Assembly: GCA_965248265.1 (NCBI GenBank)
Contig: CBDFJF010000001.1
Coordinates: forward strand, 1,376,001 to 1,440,000
Direction: 5' to 3'
Source of the DNA: Candidatus Latescibacterota bacterium
GTDB lineage: Bacteria; Latescibacterota; UBA2968; UBA8231
Length of the DNA: 64,000 nucleotides
Below, in pieces: positions 18,377 through 28,553 of this stretch (the stretch's first letter is position 1; each line of letters starts with the position of its first letter). Position numbers and translations under genes: made by a program. The notes beneath the pieces were generated by a model. The model saw nothing but the letters and a program-made list of their open reading frames with translations. It searched no databases and was not told the origin of the DNA.

Positions 18377-19600
18377 ATGCTCCAACCCAAACACCCCGGC
18401 CGCATCAGCGACAAGGCCCTGGAGTATCTACGCGAGGTTACCGAGTACGGTTTCGGCAATTCTTCCGGCCCGGACCTGACCGGCCAATTTGAGCGCGCCT
18501 TCGCCAAGCGCTTCGGCGACGGATACGCCATCGCCCACTGCAACGGCACCGCCACCATGCACAGCTGCCTGGGCGCCGTGGACGTCAAACCCGGCGACGA
18601 AGTGATCGTGCCACCGCTGACCGCTGCCGCGACCGCGTTTGCGGTACTGCACCAGGGTGCGATTCCCGTTTTCGCCGACGTCGACCCGCGCACCTTCAAC
18701 ATCGATCCCGAGTCCATTCGGCAACGCGTCACCTCACTGACCCGCGCCATAATTCCCGTGAACCTGTACGGGCTGAGCGCCGACATGGATCCGATCATGG
18801 AGATCGCCAATGAACATGATCTGACCGTAATCGAGGACAGCGCCCAGTGTTTCCTCGGCTACTACAAGGGCCGCGTGGCCGGCACCACCGGACACATGGC
18901 CAGCTTCAGCTTGCAGGCTTCCAAGCACATCACCACTGGCGATGGCGGCGTCGTCACCACTGACGACGAGGAGCTTGCCACCGCAGTGCGCAGATTTGCC
19001 TGCTTTGGCTATCACACCCTGTCGGCCGGCTCCACCGGCACCATGGACAAAAAGGATCGCGGCCAACCGGGCTCGATTCGCCACGATTTCCTGGGTTGGA
19101 ATTACCGCATGAGCCAGCTGCAGGGTGCCGTGGCCCTGGAGCAAACCGAACGCCTGGACGAACTGGTCGAACGGCACACGAGCGTAGGTCAGTTCTTCCT
19201 CGAAGCAGTCGGCGACTGCCCCTGGTTCGTGCCGCAACAGACCCCCGATGGCTACGTCAATAGCTACTGGAGCTTCGCCTGTCGTTTCGAAGCCGATCAG
19301 GCGGGCGTTTCCTGGCACCAGTTTCGCGAGCGCTTCTACGAATTGGGAGGCGATTTCGTTTACGGTGCCTGGCGACTGTGCTATGACGAACCCGTCTTCC
19401 AGGATCGACGCTTCCTCGGCGACTTCCCGGTCGATTCGGAGATTTACAAGGGCGACTATCGCGACTACACTCCCGGGCTCTGCCCCGTTGCCGAGAGCCT
19501 CCAACCCAAGCTGTTTCAGTTCAAGGCCAACTACATGGACATGGACTACGCCCAGGACCAGGCCAATATTCTGCGCCGGACCATCGACAGTATCACCTAG
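18377..19600 (+). CDS. DegT/DnrJ/EryC1/StrS PLP-dependent sugar aminotransferase
   Basis: NGTA, GDEVIVP, IEDSAQ, FSLQASKHITTGDGG (PLP Lys), GWNYRMS. Confidence 0.93.
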   Translation: MLQPKHPGRISDKALEYLREVTEYGFGNSSGPDLTGQFERAFAKRFGDGYAIAHCNGTATMHSCLGAVDVKPGDEVIVPPLTAAATAFAVLHQGAIPVFADVDPRTFNIDPESIRQRVTSLTRAIIPVNLYGLSADMDPIMEIANEHDLTVIEDSAQCFLGYYKGRVAGTTGHMASFSLQASKHITTGDGGVVTTDDEELATAVRRFACFGYHTLSAGSTGTMDKKDRGQPGSIRHDFLGWNYRMSQLQGAVALEQTERLDELVERHTSVGQFFLEAVGDCPWFVPQQTPDGYVNSYWSFACRFEADQAGVSWHQFRERFYELGGDFVYGAWRLCYDEPVFQDRRFLGDFPVDSEIYKGDYRDYTPGLCPVAESLQPKLFQFKANYMDMDYAQDQANILRRTIDSIT

Positions 19601-19623
19601 CAGATCGGAGTAAGCGGATCGAA

Positions 19624-20583
19624 ATGCTCAAATCAGTGCACTATCAAGAGGTGGATCCCGGAGTCGGGTGGATCAAGGACGCGGACCTCGCCATCGATTC
19701 CAACGGCCCCCTCGACTCCGAGCGGGCGCTCACCCCGAACGTCGTCAAGATGCAGGGCGGCTACCGGATGTACTACCACGGTTTTGGGCCGCAACGCCCG
19801 AACCCGGACTCGAAGGGTTACATCTTGAGCGCGTTCTCCAGCGACGCCGAAAAATGGGAGAAAGAACCCGGAATCCGGATGGATGCAGGCGGCGAGGGGG
19901 CAGAGCACTACATCTGGAGCCCGGACGTGATCCCTCTGGAGGATGGTGGGTATCGCATGTACTATGAGGGGAAAACGGAGCAGGCCGGTGGCAAGGAGGT
20001 CACCAGCGCTGTTGTCAGCGCCGTATCCCCTGACGGTCTCGTCTGGGAAAAGGAAGCGGGCGTTCGCCTGGGAGCTGAGAACGCCTCCTATGGCGCCCCG
20101 CGATGCCTGTATATCGACCCGAGTTCTGACCAGCACAGCCCCCGCTACCGTCTTTACGCCAGCGCCTTCCACGATCACCAGATTGTCAGTGCCGTGTCTG
20201 ATGATGGCCTACAGTTTGATCTGGAACCGGGCGTTTGCATTGCTCGCGAAAAGGAGTTCGAATCATATGAGGTCTATGCCCCCGAGGTCCTGCGCCTGGG
20301 CACCGGCGGCTACCGCATGTACTATGCGGGCTGGGTGGCAGCGCCGGAGGTTCGCGCTGGATCGAAATTCCACGGCAGAATCTTCGGTGCGTACTCGGAT
20401 GACGGCCTGCATTGGGTCAAGGACGATGAAGTCTGTATCGACAACGGCGGGCAGTGGGACGCCAACAAAGCATCGGAGCCCTGCGTGATCGACCTTGCCG
20501 ACGGTCGATTGCGGTTGTTCTATGAAGCCTGTGATCTGGAGGGGCAGTGGCGCATTGCCAGCGCCACGGCGGCACTCTCCTAA
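19624..20583 (+). CDS. Five-bladed beta-propeller, GH43/GH32-like
   Basis: Repeated P(D/E/N)V...GYRMYY and SxDGLxW blades. Confidence 0.7.
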   Translation: MLKSVHYQEVDPGVGWIKDADLAIDSNGPLDSERALTPNVVKMQGGYRMYYHGFGPQRPNPDSKGYILSAFSSDAEKWEKEPGIRMDAGGEGAEHYIWSPDVIPLEDGGYRMYYEGKTEQAGGKEVTSAVVSAVSPDGLVWEKEAGVRLGAENASYGAPRCLYIDPSSDQHSPRYRLYASAFHDHQIVSAVSDDGLQFDLEPGVCIAREKEFESYEVYAPEVLRLGTGGYRMYYAGWVAAPEVRAGSKFHGRIFGAYSDDGLHWVKDDEVCIDNGGQWDANKASEPCVIDLADGRLRLFYEACDLEGQWRIASATAALS

Positions 20584-20598
20584 CTTGGAGATAACCAA

Positions 20599-21855
20599 AT
20601 GCAAACAGCGATTGCTGCGATCTTAATCATGGCTCTGAGCGGACTGGCCTTGTGGGCGACACCACCTCCGCCGGTAGAGATCGTCGAGCTCCGTCAGGAT
20701 CGAGTGTTCGTCAACGGCGAACCGTTCTTCCTCGTCGGTATAAGCCATGTCGCCCATGGCCACTACTCGCTGCCCGAAGCCAGCGAGATGGGGTACAACG
20801 CCGTCGTCACCCATGGCTCCCGGGAAGACCCGCAGTCGTTCCGCAAAGACATCGACGACGCCTATGCCCACGGGCTGTACTCATTGGTCTCGATCAGCAA
20901 CGGTATCTGGCAAGACCTGGAGACGACCGAGCAGATCATCCTGGCCTGTCGCGACGCCCCCGGCCTGCTGGTATGGGAGTTGGAGGATGAGCCCAACATC
21001 CGCACCGCTGGACCGGAGGGCACGCCTCATCTCGATCTCCCCTACAAGATGCCACCAGATGATTTCGTGCCGGTGTACGACCTGATCAAGCGGCTCGATC
21101 CCAATCACCTCGTGTGGATCAACCTGGCCTACGGGTACGAAAAAGACCATCGGGAATATCGGGACGTGGCGGATATCCACTCCGACGACGTCTACCCTGT
21201 TCCCGATTATCCTCTGACCCACGTTGCGCAAAATTCCGATGCCGTCGTCAACGGCGCCGCCGGCAAGCCGGGTTGGATGTACATCCAGATGTCGAGGCAG
21301 ACCGAAGCCTACGTGCGCGCTCCGACCATGGAGGAGGTCCGCAACATGACCTACCAGTCCATCGCGCACGGCATCGTCGGCGTCATCCATTTTGCCTATC
21401 ACGTCGCCGACTGGTGGCCCCGGGAATCGGAGCCGGCCTACTATGCCCAGTTCCTTGACCTGACGGCGGAATTGCGCGCGCTGACCCCCTATCTGCTGGC
21501 GAAGGAGGAGCCCGTCAACATCGAGGCCAAGATCATTGAAGGTTCGGCAGAGCCCTCCAACTTCGGGTATACCGCGTTGCACCTGTCGCTCCGCAAAGCC
21601 GAACGCGGTTACCTGCTGATCGCCGTCAACGGCTTCGATTCCCCGGTCAAAGCCCGCATCACGATTCCCGTTGACGGCATCGCTCCACGGGCCGCGGTTC
21701 GTTCCGAGTACCGGCTCGTCGATGTGACGGACGGAGTCCTCGAAGACTCCTTCGCGCCCTACGCAGTGCATCTGTACGACTTGCCGTTCAGCACTCCCGA
21801 TGATTTCGAACGTCGAAAAGTGAGCTGGCCGCAATGGCAGCGGCGGCCGCACTGA
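20599..21855 (+). CDS. Secreted TIM-barrel GH-like protein (family E, copy 1)
   Basis: Signal peptide, VNGEPFFLVG, LEDEPN, IKRLDPNH, DDVYP; paralog of 34528-35796. Confidence 0.72.
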   Translation: MQTAIAAILIMALSGLALWATPPPPVEIVELRQDRVFVNGEPFFLVGISHVAHGHYSLPEASEMGYNAVVTHGSREDPQSFRKDIDDAYAHGLYSLVSISNGIWQDLETTEQIILACRDAPGLLVWELEDEPNIRTAGPEGTPHLDLPYKMPPDDFVPVYDLIKRLDPNHLVWINLAYGYEKDHREYRDVADIHSDDVYPVPDYPLTHVAQNSDAVVNGAAGKPGWMYIQMSRQTEAYVRAPTMEEVRNMTYQSIAHGIVGVIHFAYHVADWWPRESEPAYYAQFLDLTAELRALTPYLLAKEEPVNIEAKIIEGSAEPSNFGYTALHLSLRKAERGYLLIAVNGFDSPVKARITIPVDGIAPRAAVRSEYRLVDVTDGVLEDSFAPYAVHLYDLPFSTPDDFERRKVSWPQWQRRPH

Positions 21856-21867
21856 GGAGGAACAGAT

Positions 21868-22785
21868 TTGTCGTCACGACAGGTGTACATCTCCGGAGAT
21901 CTGGTCGCTGAAGAGGACGCCAAGATCTCGATTTTCGATTCCGCAGTGACCCTGGGCGATACCGTCACCGAATCGACGCGCACCTTCGGCCACCGGCCCT
22001 TCAAGCTGGACCGCCACATCGAGCGGCTCTACTTGTCGCTGAAGGTGACGCGCATTGACCCGGGATGCGGGGCGGAGGAGATGAAGCAGATCACCCTGGA
22101 TCTGCTGGAGACCAACCTGTCACTGATCGGCCCCGAAGAAGACTACTGGATCGTCCACAACATCTCCCGGGGCCTCTACCGCCCGGGACCCGACCCCACC
22201 GTACAACGCAGTGGCGCTACGGTGATGATCAACAACAGCCCGATGGACCTGCGCGGGTGGGCGGCGTTCTACACAGCGGGCTGCCACGCCGTCACCCCCA
22301 TGAGCCGCATGCCGCCCTCACAGGCGATCGATGCCAGAATCAAGAACCGGAGTCGCCTGGCTTACACCCTCGCCGAGATGGAGGTGAAGCTCGTCGACAA
22401 GGATGCTCAGAGTATCATTCTGGATATTGACGGTAACGTGGCCGAAAACAAGGGCGGCAACATCTTCGCGGTGAGCGGGGGTGAAGTGCGGACGCCGACG
22501 ACTCGCAACTGCCTGGCCGGAGTCAGCCGCGAGACGATTCTGGAACTCGCGCGGGAGTTGGAGATCCCGGCCCGGGAGATGGAGCTGCAACCCTACGATC
22601 TCTACACCGCGGACGAGGTGTTCTTCACCAGCACGCCATACTGCATCATGCCGGCTACCCGGTTCAACGGCGTGGCGGTCGGAGACGGTAAGGTGGGCCC
22701 GGTAACCAAGCGGCTATTGAGCGCGTGGAGTGATCTGGTTGGCCTTGACATCGCCGGACAGGCGCAAAAGCAGCTGACGAGTTGA
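21868..22785 (+). CDS. Class IV PLP aminotransferase (IlvE/Dat-like)
   Basis: ISIFDS, FKLDRHIERL, IKNRSR (PLP Lys), AENKGGNIF, LAGVSR, ADEVFFTST. Confidence 0.9.
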   Translation: MSSRQVYISGDLVAEEDAKISIFDSAVTLGDTVTESTRTFGHRPFKLDRHIERLYLSLKVTRIDPGCGAEEMKQITLDLLETNLSLIGPEEDYWIVHNISRGLYRPGPDPTVQRSGATVMINNSPMDLRGWAAFYTAGCHAVTPMSRMPPSQAIDARIKNRSRLAYTLAEMEVKLVDKDAQSIILDIDGNVAENKGGNIFAVSGGEVRTPTTRNCLAGVSRETILELARELEIPAREMELQPYDLYTADEVFFTSTPYCIMPATRFNGVAVGDGKVGPVTKRLLSAWSDLVGLDIAGQAQKQLTS

Positions 22786-22803
22786 GTTTGCGGCGCGAGG
22801 CCG

Positions 22804-23952
22804 CTACGTGAGCGACCACCGAATCGACATGATGCCTCCCGAATCTTCCACGTGGTTCAGGTAGACGAATTTGTCATCCCGCTTGGCGTATTTCTTGTTG
22901 AGATAGAAGACGGTCACCAGCTCCCCGGGCGCATGTTCCACGGTCACTGGATAACCGAAGTCATGCGGTACCGGAAGTTCGTATAACGTCATGAAGTGGT
23001 CGTGATCCCAGGTCTTACCCTCGTCATACGAAAGCATCGCCCTGATCGACAATGGATCCCGGCGATAGCCGTAGGAGCAGAGCAGCGCTCCTGAGTCTAA
23101 CACTAGCAAATGCGGCGGGCCTCCCCATGCGGGCAACCTTTCTGGTTCGGTCCAGGTGCGACCTGAATCGTATGAGTGCGACTGATAGTGAAACATATCG
23201 TCCCACTCGCACGCTTCGCTGCGAAACATGACGACCAGGTGTCCCGGACTCGTCTCCACCAGATGGTTTTCGATGATCAGCATTTCGCGCGGCATCTCTT
23301 TCGAACGCGGCACTTCGCTGATCTTCTCCCATGAATCCCCCTTGTCCGTCGACTCCCACACCGAGACCTTGACGTCGTACTTGGCATCGGTCGCTATGTC
23401 CTCCTCGCGCATCGGCCCGGTCCCCACGTAGATCAGGCGCCCATCACTGAGAGTGCCCGGACCGGCATGCTGACCGGTGGGTGTATCCACCGGGGGACCC
23501 CAGACATGCCCGCCATCTTCCGAACGGATCAGCCATCCCACCGAGGGCAACTCTTCGGTCAGTCCCATCCGTTCGATGCGCGCCTGCCATTGCGTCAACC
23601 AGCGCTCGGGCACCGGGCAGTCGCCCGGGTACACCCCCTTCCTTATGTACGGGACCCAATCAGTTGAACTGAATGACGTGAGAATGAGGGTCCCGTCGGG
23701 ATGGGTCCTCAAGCTGGCATCCCGATCGTCTGTCTCGCTGTTGAAGACTTCCTGCGGTAAGGACCAGGTCTTGCCACCGTCAGCCGAGCGCATGACGACG
23801 ACGCGGCCCAGCGGGCCCACATGGTGAATCCGCTCTGAAGCGGCAGCCACGATCACACCGTCTTTTGTACGGCATATCCCCGGCCACCCGTACATCTGAT
23901 CGGGACGCGAGGCTACGACTCCGTGCTCGATGTTGCTGGCGGTAAGTGGCAT
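22804..23952 (-). CDS. BNR/Asp-box sialidase-like protein
   Basis: YGWP, Asp-boxes SADGGKTW, SEDGGHVW, STDKGDSW, SYDSGRTW, SYDEGKTW; DFGYP. Start taken at MPLTAS. Confidence 0.85.
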   Translation of the reverse strand: MPLTASNIEHGVVASRPDQMYGWPGICRTKDGVIVAAASERIHHVGPLGRVVVMRSADGGKTWSLPQEVFNSETDDRDASLRTHPDGTLILTSFSSTDWVPYIRKGVYPGDCPVPERWLTQWQARIERMGLTEELPSVGWLIRSEDGGHVWGPPVDTPTGQHAGPGTLSDGRLIYVGTGPMREEDIATDAKYDVKVSVWESTDKGDSWEKISEVPRSKEMPREMLIIENHLVETSPGHLVVMFRSEACEWDDMFHYQSHSYDSGRTWTEPERLPAWGGPPHLLVLDSGALLCSYGYRRDPLSIRAMLSYDEGKTWDHDHFMTLYELPVPHDFGYPVTVEHAPGELVTVFYLNKKYAKRDDKFVYLNHVEDSGGIMSIRWSLT

Positions 23953-24142
23953 TGAGCGTTCATCCAATCGTGAGTGTGATTTTTCGGGTATGATGTGTTC
24001 TGTTCGGGAGAGTAACTGTTGCAGGCGGTGAAGACCACTGCCACGCCATCTTCGCCTTGACGTCTCCCGGTTGTTGACCGAGGCTTCGCTGCACCAGCGC
24101 CCCACACGAACTCAGCCATATCGATTGGGAAAATCGCACCGA

Positions 24143-25240
24143 ATGATCGAGACGGATAGCTCCATCATCACACAGATCGATGAAGTCCGGCAGTACGATC
24201 CCCAGGGAGCCCTGCACTATGACCATGTGTCGATGGTGGACAGACAGCGGCTCAACCGCTGGGTGACTTGCTTCGAAGACACCAGCACCGGCACCATTTA
24301 CCTACACAACGGGACCGTTTCGACCGACGGTGGCCGAACCGTCCTCAAGCGCGACAAGATGAATTTCAATGAGGTACTGGCCGTGCCGGAAGGGGCCGTT
24401 TTCTGCGAGCCGGGGTTGTTCCTCGGGCTCGAATCTTTCGTGACCTACGAGGAGCCGGGGCGCTATATTGTCCGGGCATGGCGTGGCACGACTCCAGCCA
24501 GCGCCGGCGACGAGGAAGAGGTCACATTCAACATCCCCAATGGTCCCCGTCCCAAAGAGGATTTCCCCGATGAGTGGTATGGTCTCTACATCCACCGCAG
24601 CATCCTGCGCAGAGACGACGGCGCTCTGCTGTGCACGGTCGAGGGTAACATGGCGGAAGACACACTGACTCCCGCGGACAAATGGAGCCGCATCGAGGGA
24701 CGCTACCAGGGCCGATCGATCATCGTCATCTCGGTTGATGAGGGACGCACTTGGGATTATCTGTCGACCATAGCCGCACCCGAGGAGGGCGATCCGATCG
24801 GCGAAGGCTTCGGTGAGCCCACGATGATACAGCTGGATGACGGCCGGCTATTTTGCCTGATGCGGTCAGGGCACTACACCCCGATGTACGCGTGCTGGAG
24901 CGAGGATGGCGGCCAGAACTGGACGGTGCCGCTGTACACGGGCCTCGAGCGCGGTTGCGATCCCTGCCTTCTGAGGCTGCGCGACGGCCGCCTGGCAGTC
25001 AGTTACGGCAGGCGATATCCGGAAGGCTGGTCGCATGTCAGAGGCGATGGCGACCGCTTCAGGTACCCCGGACACGGCCTCATGCTGCTGGCGATCGACG
25101 AAGATGGAACCGGTGAATCCTGGAGGGTGGCGCAGATCGGGAGCGGGATGGGCTCCTGCTACTCCACCATCATCGAGGTCGAACCGAAGGTCCTGTTCTG
25201 CCAGGTCGATGGTTGGTACTGGCGTGTTCGCCTCGCATGA
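24143..25240 (+). CDS. BNR/Asp-box sialidase-like protein
   Basis: STDGGRT, SVDEGRTW, EGFGEP, SEDGGQNW. Start taken at MIETDSS. Confidence 0.78.
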   Translation: MIETDSSIITQIDEVRQYDPQGALHYDHVSMVDRQRLNRWVTCFEDTSTGTIYLHNGTVSTDGGRTVLKRDKMNFNEVLAVPEGAVFCEPGLFLGLESFVTYEEPGRYIVRAWRGTTPASAGDEEEVTFNIPNGPRPKEDFPDEWYGLYIHRSILRRDDGALLCTVEGNMAEDTLTPADKWSRIEGRYQGRSIIVISVDEGRTWDYLSTIAAPEEGDPIGEGFGEPTMIQLDDGRLFCLMRSGHYTPMYACWSEDGGQNWTVPLYTGLERGCDPCLLRLRDGRLAVSYGRRYPEGWSHVRGDGDRFRYPGHGLMLLAIDEDGTGESWRVAQIGSGMGSCYSTIIEVEPKVLFCQVDGWYWRVRLA

Positions 25241-25286
25241 CTGATCCCCCCTTTAACCGGCACCGCGGCGCCGAGAGGAGAGCCTT

Positions 25287-26432
25287 ATGAGCTGGAATGT
25301 AGTCGACCGCTTTACGATCTATCACGAAGAAGGCTTTTATGCCTTGGGCCCACACGTGACCCGGACTCCCGCCGGTCACTTGCTGGTAATGTTCCAGAGG
25401 GCCACTCATGTGGGGTCTGCCCAGCACGAGCATCCGCTGTGCAACGTACAGGCCTGCCGGTCTGAAGACGAGGGTCGGACCTGGAGTGAGGCGCGACTCG
25501 TGACGGTCAATCCCCGAGGCGGGGTCATGGACCACAGCGCTCACACCCTTCCCGACGGCAGCATCTTCCTGCACTGCTCCAGCACTGAGCTGGTGGCGGC
25601 GGCGGACGAGGGTGCCCATGCCAAAAATTGGGTCGTGCAGGCAGGCAAGCCCTTTTGGGTTCGATCTCGAGACGACGGCCACACCTGGACCAACCCCGTG
25701 CGCTTCCCGCCCATACCGGACGCCATCTGGGGTCACCCAGCCCAGCACTCCGGCGTCAGCCGAAGCCGCCTGCTCGCACACCCGGACGGACGTTTGCTCC
25801 TGCCGAGCAAGGCAACGAACATCACTGAAAAGTTTCGTTACTTCGGAATGCTGCGCGTCTCCCGGGACATGGGCGAGACCTGGGAATACGGAGGCCGGAT
25901 CGCCGAGGATCCGGTTGCCCACTTCAGCGAGCCGACCATTCACCTAACGCCGAGCGGACGCATTCTCGTCCTCTTCCGCTGCCATGCCAACACCTCACAG
26001 GATCAGGACGAGAGCATACCCCTGAGAGATCGCCAGTACAACAGCCGCTTTCAGGCCCTGGTCATGTCGGATGACGACGGCAAGACCTGGACGCCGTGGA
26101 AGCGCTCCGTGCACGGCTACCCCGCCCACATGCTCGGTCTGCGCGACGGGCGCATTTTCCTGACCGTCGGCACCCGCTGGGATGGACAATCGGGCTGTCT
26201 CGCCAGGGTCCTCGATCCCGAGGGCACCGAGCTGGAGACTGCGCCCATCTACACCAGGGCGCCGGATCTGGCAACGACGTCGGACATCGTCATCCAGAGC
26301 GACGCGTTCAGCCACGACTGCGGCTATCCCTGGTCGGTGGAGCTCAATGATGGCAGAGTCCTCGTCGTCTACTGGAATCACTTCGATGACGACCTCAGAG
26401 GGATCGCCGGCGCCATCGTCGCTGAGGACTAG
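25287..26432 (+). CDS. BNR/Asp-box sialidase-like protein, paralog of 10796-11944
   Basis: RBS AGGAG; four Asp-boxes; C-terminal half nearly identical to that of 10796-11944. Confidence 0.86.
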   Translation: MSWNVVDRFTIYHEEGFYALGPHVTRTPAGHLLVMFQRATHVGSAQHEHPLCNVQACRSEDEGRTWSEARLVTVNPRGGVMDHSAHTLPDGSIFLHCSSTELVAAADEGAHAKNWVVQAGKPFWVRSRDDGHTWTNPVRFPPIPDAIWGHPAQHSGVSRSRLLAHPDGRLLLPSKATNITEKFRYFGMLRVSRDMGETWEYGGRIAEDPVAHFSEPTIHLTPSGRILVLFRCHANTSQDQDESIPLRDRQYNSRFQALVMSDDDGKTWTPWKRSVHGYPAHMLGLRDGRIFLTVGTRWDGQSGCLARVLDPEGTELETAPIYTRAPDLATTSDIVIQSDAFSHDCGYPWSVELNDGRVLVVYWNHFDDDLRGIAGAIVAED

Positions 26433-26439
26433 TGTCCCT

Positions 26440-27933
26440 ATGAAGACTGCTCGGATCGTCTACAACAGTGATCCATCCACCATCGCTCGCCACGTCCTGC
26501 CCGACCCGGTGGAGGCCGACGACCTGCGCCACTGGACGGACATGCTCGCCGACAGCGGTGTCGATGTCTTCGTTCAGGATGCCGTCAACCAGGGGTTCAC
26601 CCTCTACTGGCGCTCGGATCGGTTCCAGTACGACCTGCGCCCGCAGCACCAGCGGTTCCTGCCTTTACTGGATGCGGGCACCCAACCCCTCCAGGTGCTC
26701 CGGGACCGCAGTCACGAGCGCGGCATGACATTCCTCGCCGGCATCCGCATGAATGACGGCCATGATTTTCCCGTCTTCGCTGAATTCATAGAGTCGCACC
26801 CCGAGTGGCAACTACCCAAGCGTTGGGATGTTCTGGGCATCCAGCGTCCGCCCGAAGCTTCGATCAACGTGGGCGGCAAACGACTCGACTACAGCTTCGA
26901 CGGAGTCCGGACCTTCTATTGTGAGATGATGGAAGACCTGCTGGACTGCGTCTCCGTTGACGGCCTCGAGCTGATTTTTCGGGAGTCTTATTTCCCGGTC
27001 CCTGATGCCCGGGATCACGCCCACCTGATGACGGACATGATGCGGCGTGTGCGCGTCATTCTCGACGAACGCAGTCGAATCACGGGTGCCTCACTGATCC
27101 TGGGAGCCAGAGTGTATGCCGACATAGAAGAGTGCCTGCTGATGGGACTCGATGTGCCGACGTGGATCGAGGAGGGGCTGATCGACTACTGCTGCCCCAT
27201 GGACAGCATGTTCTCCGACTTCAATGCCCAGTACGCTGAATTCGGCGCCCTGGTGCAGAACACGGAATGCGGGATGTACCCGGGGCTCCATCCGTGGACC
27301 AGTCACCGCATGCGGTTGAAGAGTGCAATGACCCCCGCCATGTGCCGCGCCCTGGCTCACACCTTCTACGCCGCTGGAGCCGACGGAGTCTCGGTCTTCA
27401 ATCACTTCGTCGGCCTCCTGTGGCACCCGCCGTACTATCCCCAGACGCTCCAGGTGTTCCACGACCTGCGCGACCCGCAGCGAGTCGCCCGTGGTGAACG
27501 GCACTACGTCTTCGATCCCACCTTGGGCGGAGTCCCCTGGATGGGCTGGGACCGTGGCGAATCCGGAATTATCAACGCACAACGAGTTGTCTTCGATCGC
27601 AGTGCAAACCGGCCGTCGGGGATTTTCCGCTTTCGCCTGTATGAACAGATGAACCGCGTGCTGGGCGCAACGCTGCTGCTTCGGGGCGCGACCCTGACGG
27701 CAGGGGACAAGCTCGAAATCGCCCTCAACGGCGTCCCACTCGCCCACGGACCCTTCGGCCGAGAGGACGCCAGAGCTGGCGACCAGTGCCCGGACACTCG
27801 CTGGTTCCCGCTTCCGGGGCATGCGCCCACGTACGGAGATAACCAGTTGAGTATCACGCTGGTTGAAAGCGATCCGGATGCCGAGGGTGATCTCATCGTC
27901 GACGAGGTCGAAGTCTTCGTACAGCCGAAATAG
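26440..27933 (+). CDS. GHL10-like TIM-barrel protein, paralog of 14689-16230
   Basis: IVYNSDPS, RMNDGH, HPEW, LDYSF, VDGLE; the same C-terminal (I/V)DEV(E/H)xxVQPK. Confidence 0.72.
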   Translation: MKTARIVYNSDPSTIARHVLPDPVEADDLRHWTDMLADSGVDVFVQDAVNQGFTLYWRSDRFQYDLRPQHQRFLPLLDAGTQPLQVLRDRSHERGMTFLAGIRMNDGHDFPVFAEFIESHPEWQLPKRWDVLGIQRPPEASINVGGKRLDYSFDGVRTFYCEMMEDLLDCVSVDGLELIFRESYFPVPDARDHAHLMTDMMRRVRVILDERSRITGASLILGARVYADIEECLLMGLDVPTWIEEGLIDYCCPMDSMFSDFNAQYAEFGALVQNTECGMYPGLHPWTSHRMRLKSAMTPAMCRALAHTFYAAGADGVSVFNHFVGLLWHPPYYPQTLQVFHDLRDPQRVARGERHYVFDPTLGGVPWMGWDRGESGIINAQRVVFDRSANRPSGIFRFRLYEQMNRVLGATLLLRGATLTAGDKLEIALNGVPLAHGPFGREDARAGDQCPDTRWFPLPGHAPTYGDNQLSITLVESDPDAEGDLIVDEVEVFVQPK

Positions 27934-27959
27934 ATCTCCGGCAACGGGGTGCCGTCAGC

Positions 27960-28415
27960 CTACTGAGCCGCGGCCTGGTCTTCGGGAAAGAGTTCTTGAA
28001 CCGTGCCCTCCAGGACCTTGGCGGTCAAGGGCTTCCTCAGGGTAACGTCGGCGCCGGCCTCATCGGCGAGTGCGAGGCAATCCCGTCCCGCGATCGTGCC
28101 TCCGCCGGAAATGGCGAGAATCTTGACCTCGGGCAGTTCCCGCTTCAGCCGCCGGATGATGTCAAGTCCGTTGACTTTCGGCATGAAAATATCCACCACG
28201 AGCAGGTCTACCTCCTGCTCCCGAAGAATCCGCATGCCATCCCGGGGATCCGTGGCTACTGACGTCCTGTAATCCGACTGACCCAGCACCAGAGCCAGAA
28301 CCTGGGTGACGCGTTCCTCGTCGTCGAGGACCAGTATGTGCCGCACGTGCTTCCACTCCGTTATGAGACGGCTGTCTCGGGAACCAGACAGTATCAGAGT
28401 ACCGTCGTGGTCCAA
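27960..28415 (-). CDS. Single-domain response regulator receiver
   Basis: ILVLDDE, phosphoacceptor VVDIFMP, ISGGG, RKP. The true start is probably downstream of 28415. Confidence 0.85.
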   Translation of the reverse strand: MDHDGTLILSGSRDSRLITEWKHVRHILVLDDEERVTQVLALVLGQSDYRTSVATDPRDGMRILREQEVDLLVVDIFMPKVNGLDIIRRLKRELPEVKILAISGGGTIAGRDCLALADEAGADVTLRKPLTAKVLEGTVQELFPEDQAAAQ

Positions 28416-28553
28416 TCAGGACAGGAACTATAACTGAGTACATTTCGCTGTCAACAGTCCGAGCCGATACGGAGCAAGCTCCATCTTTTGAGGTTGCCAG
28501 CCCAGCGTCGCGGCGGTATAGTCCCCCAGGACCCAGGCAAGGAGGGAAGTGTT

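Noticed and set aside
10796-26432. Calling the BNR proteins true sialidases (nanH)
   Set aside because: Asp-boxes are present but no (F/Y)RIP motif is visible, so the substrate is unknown.
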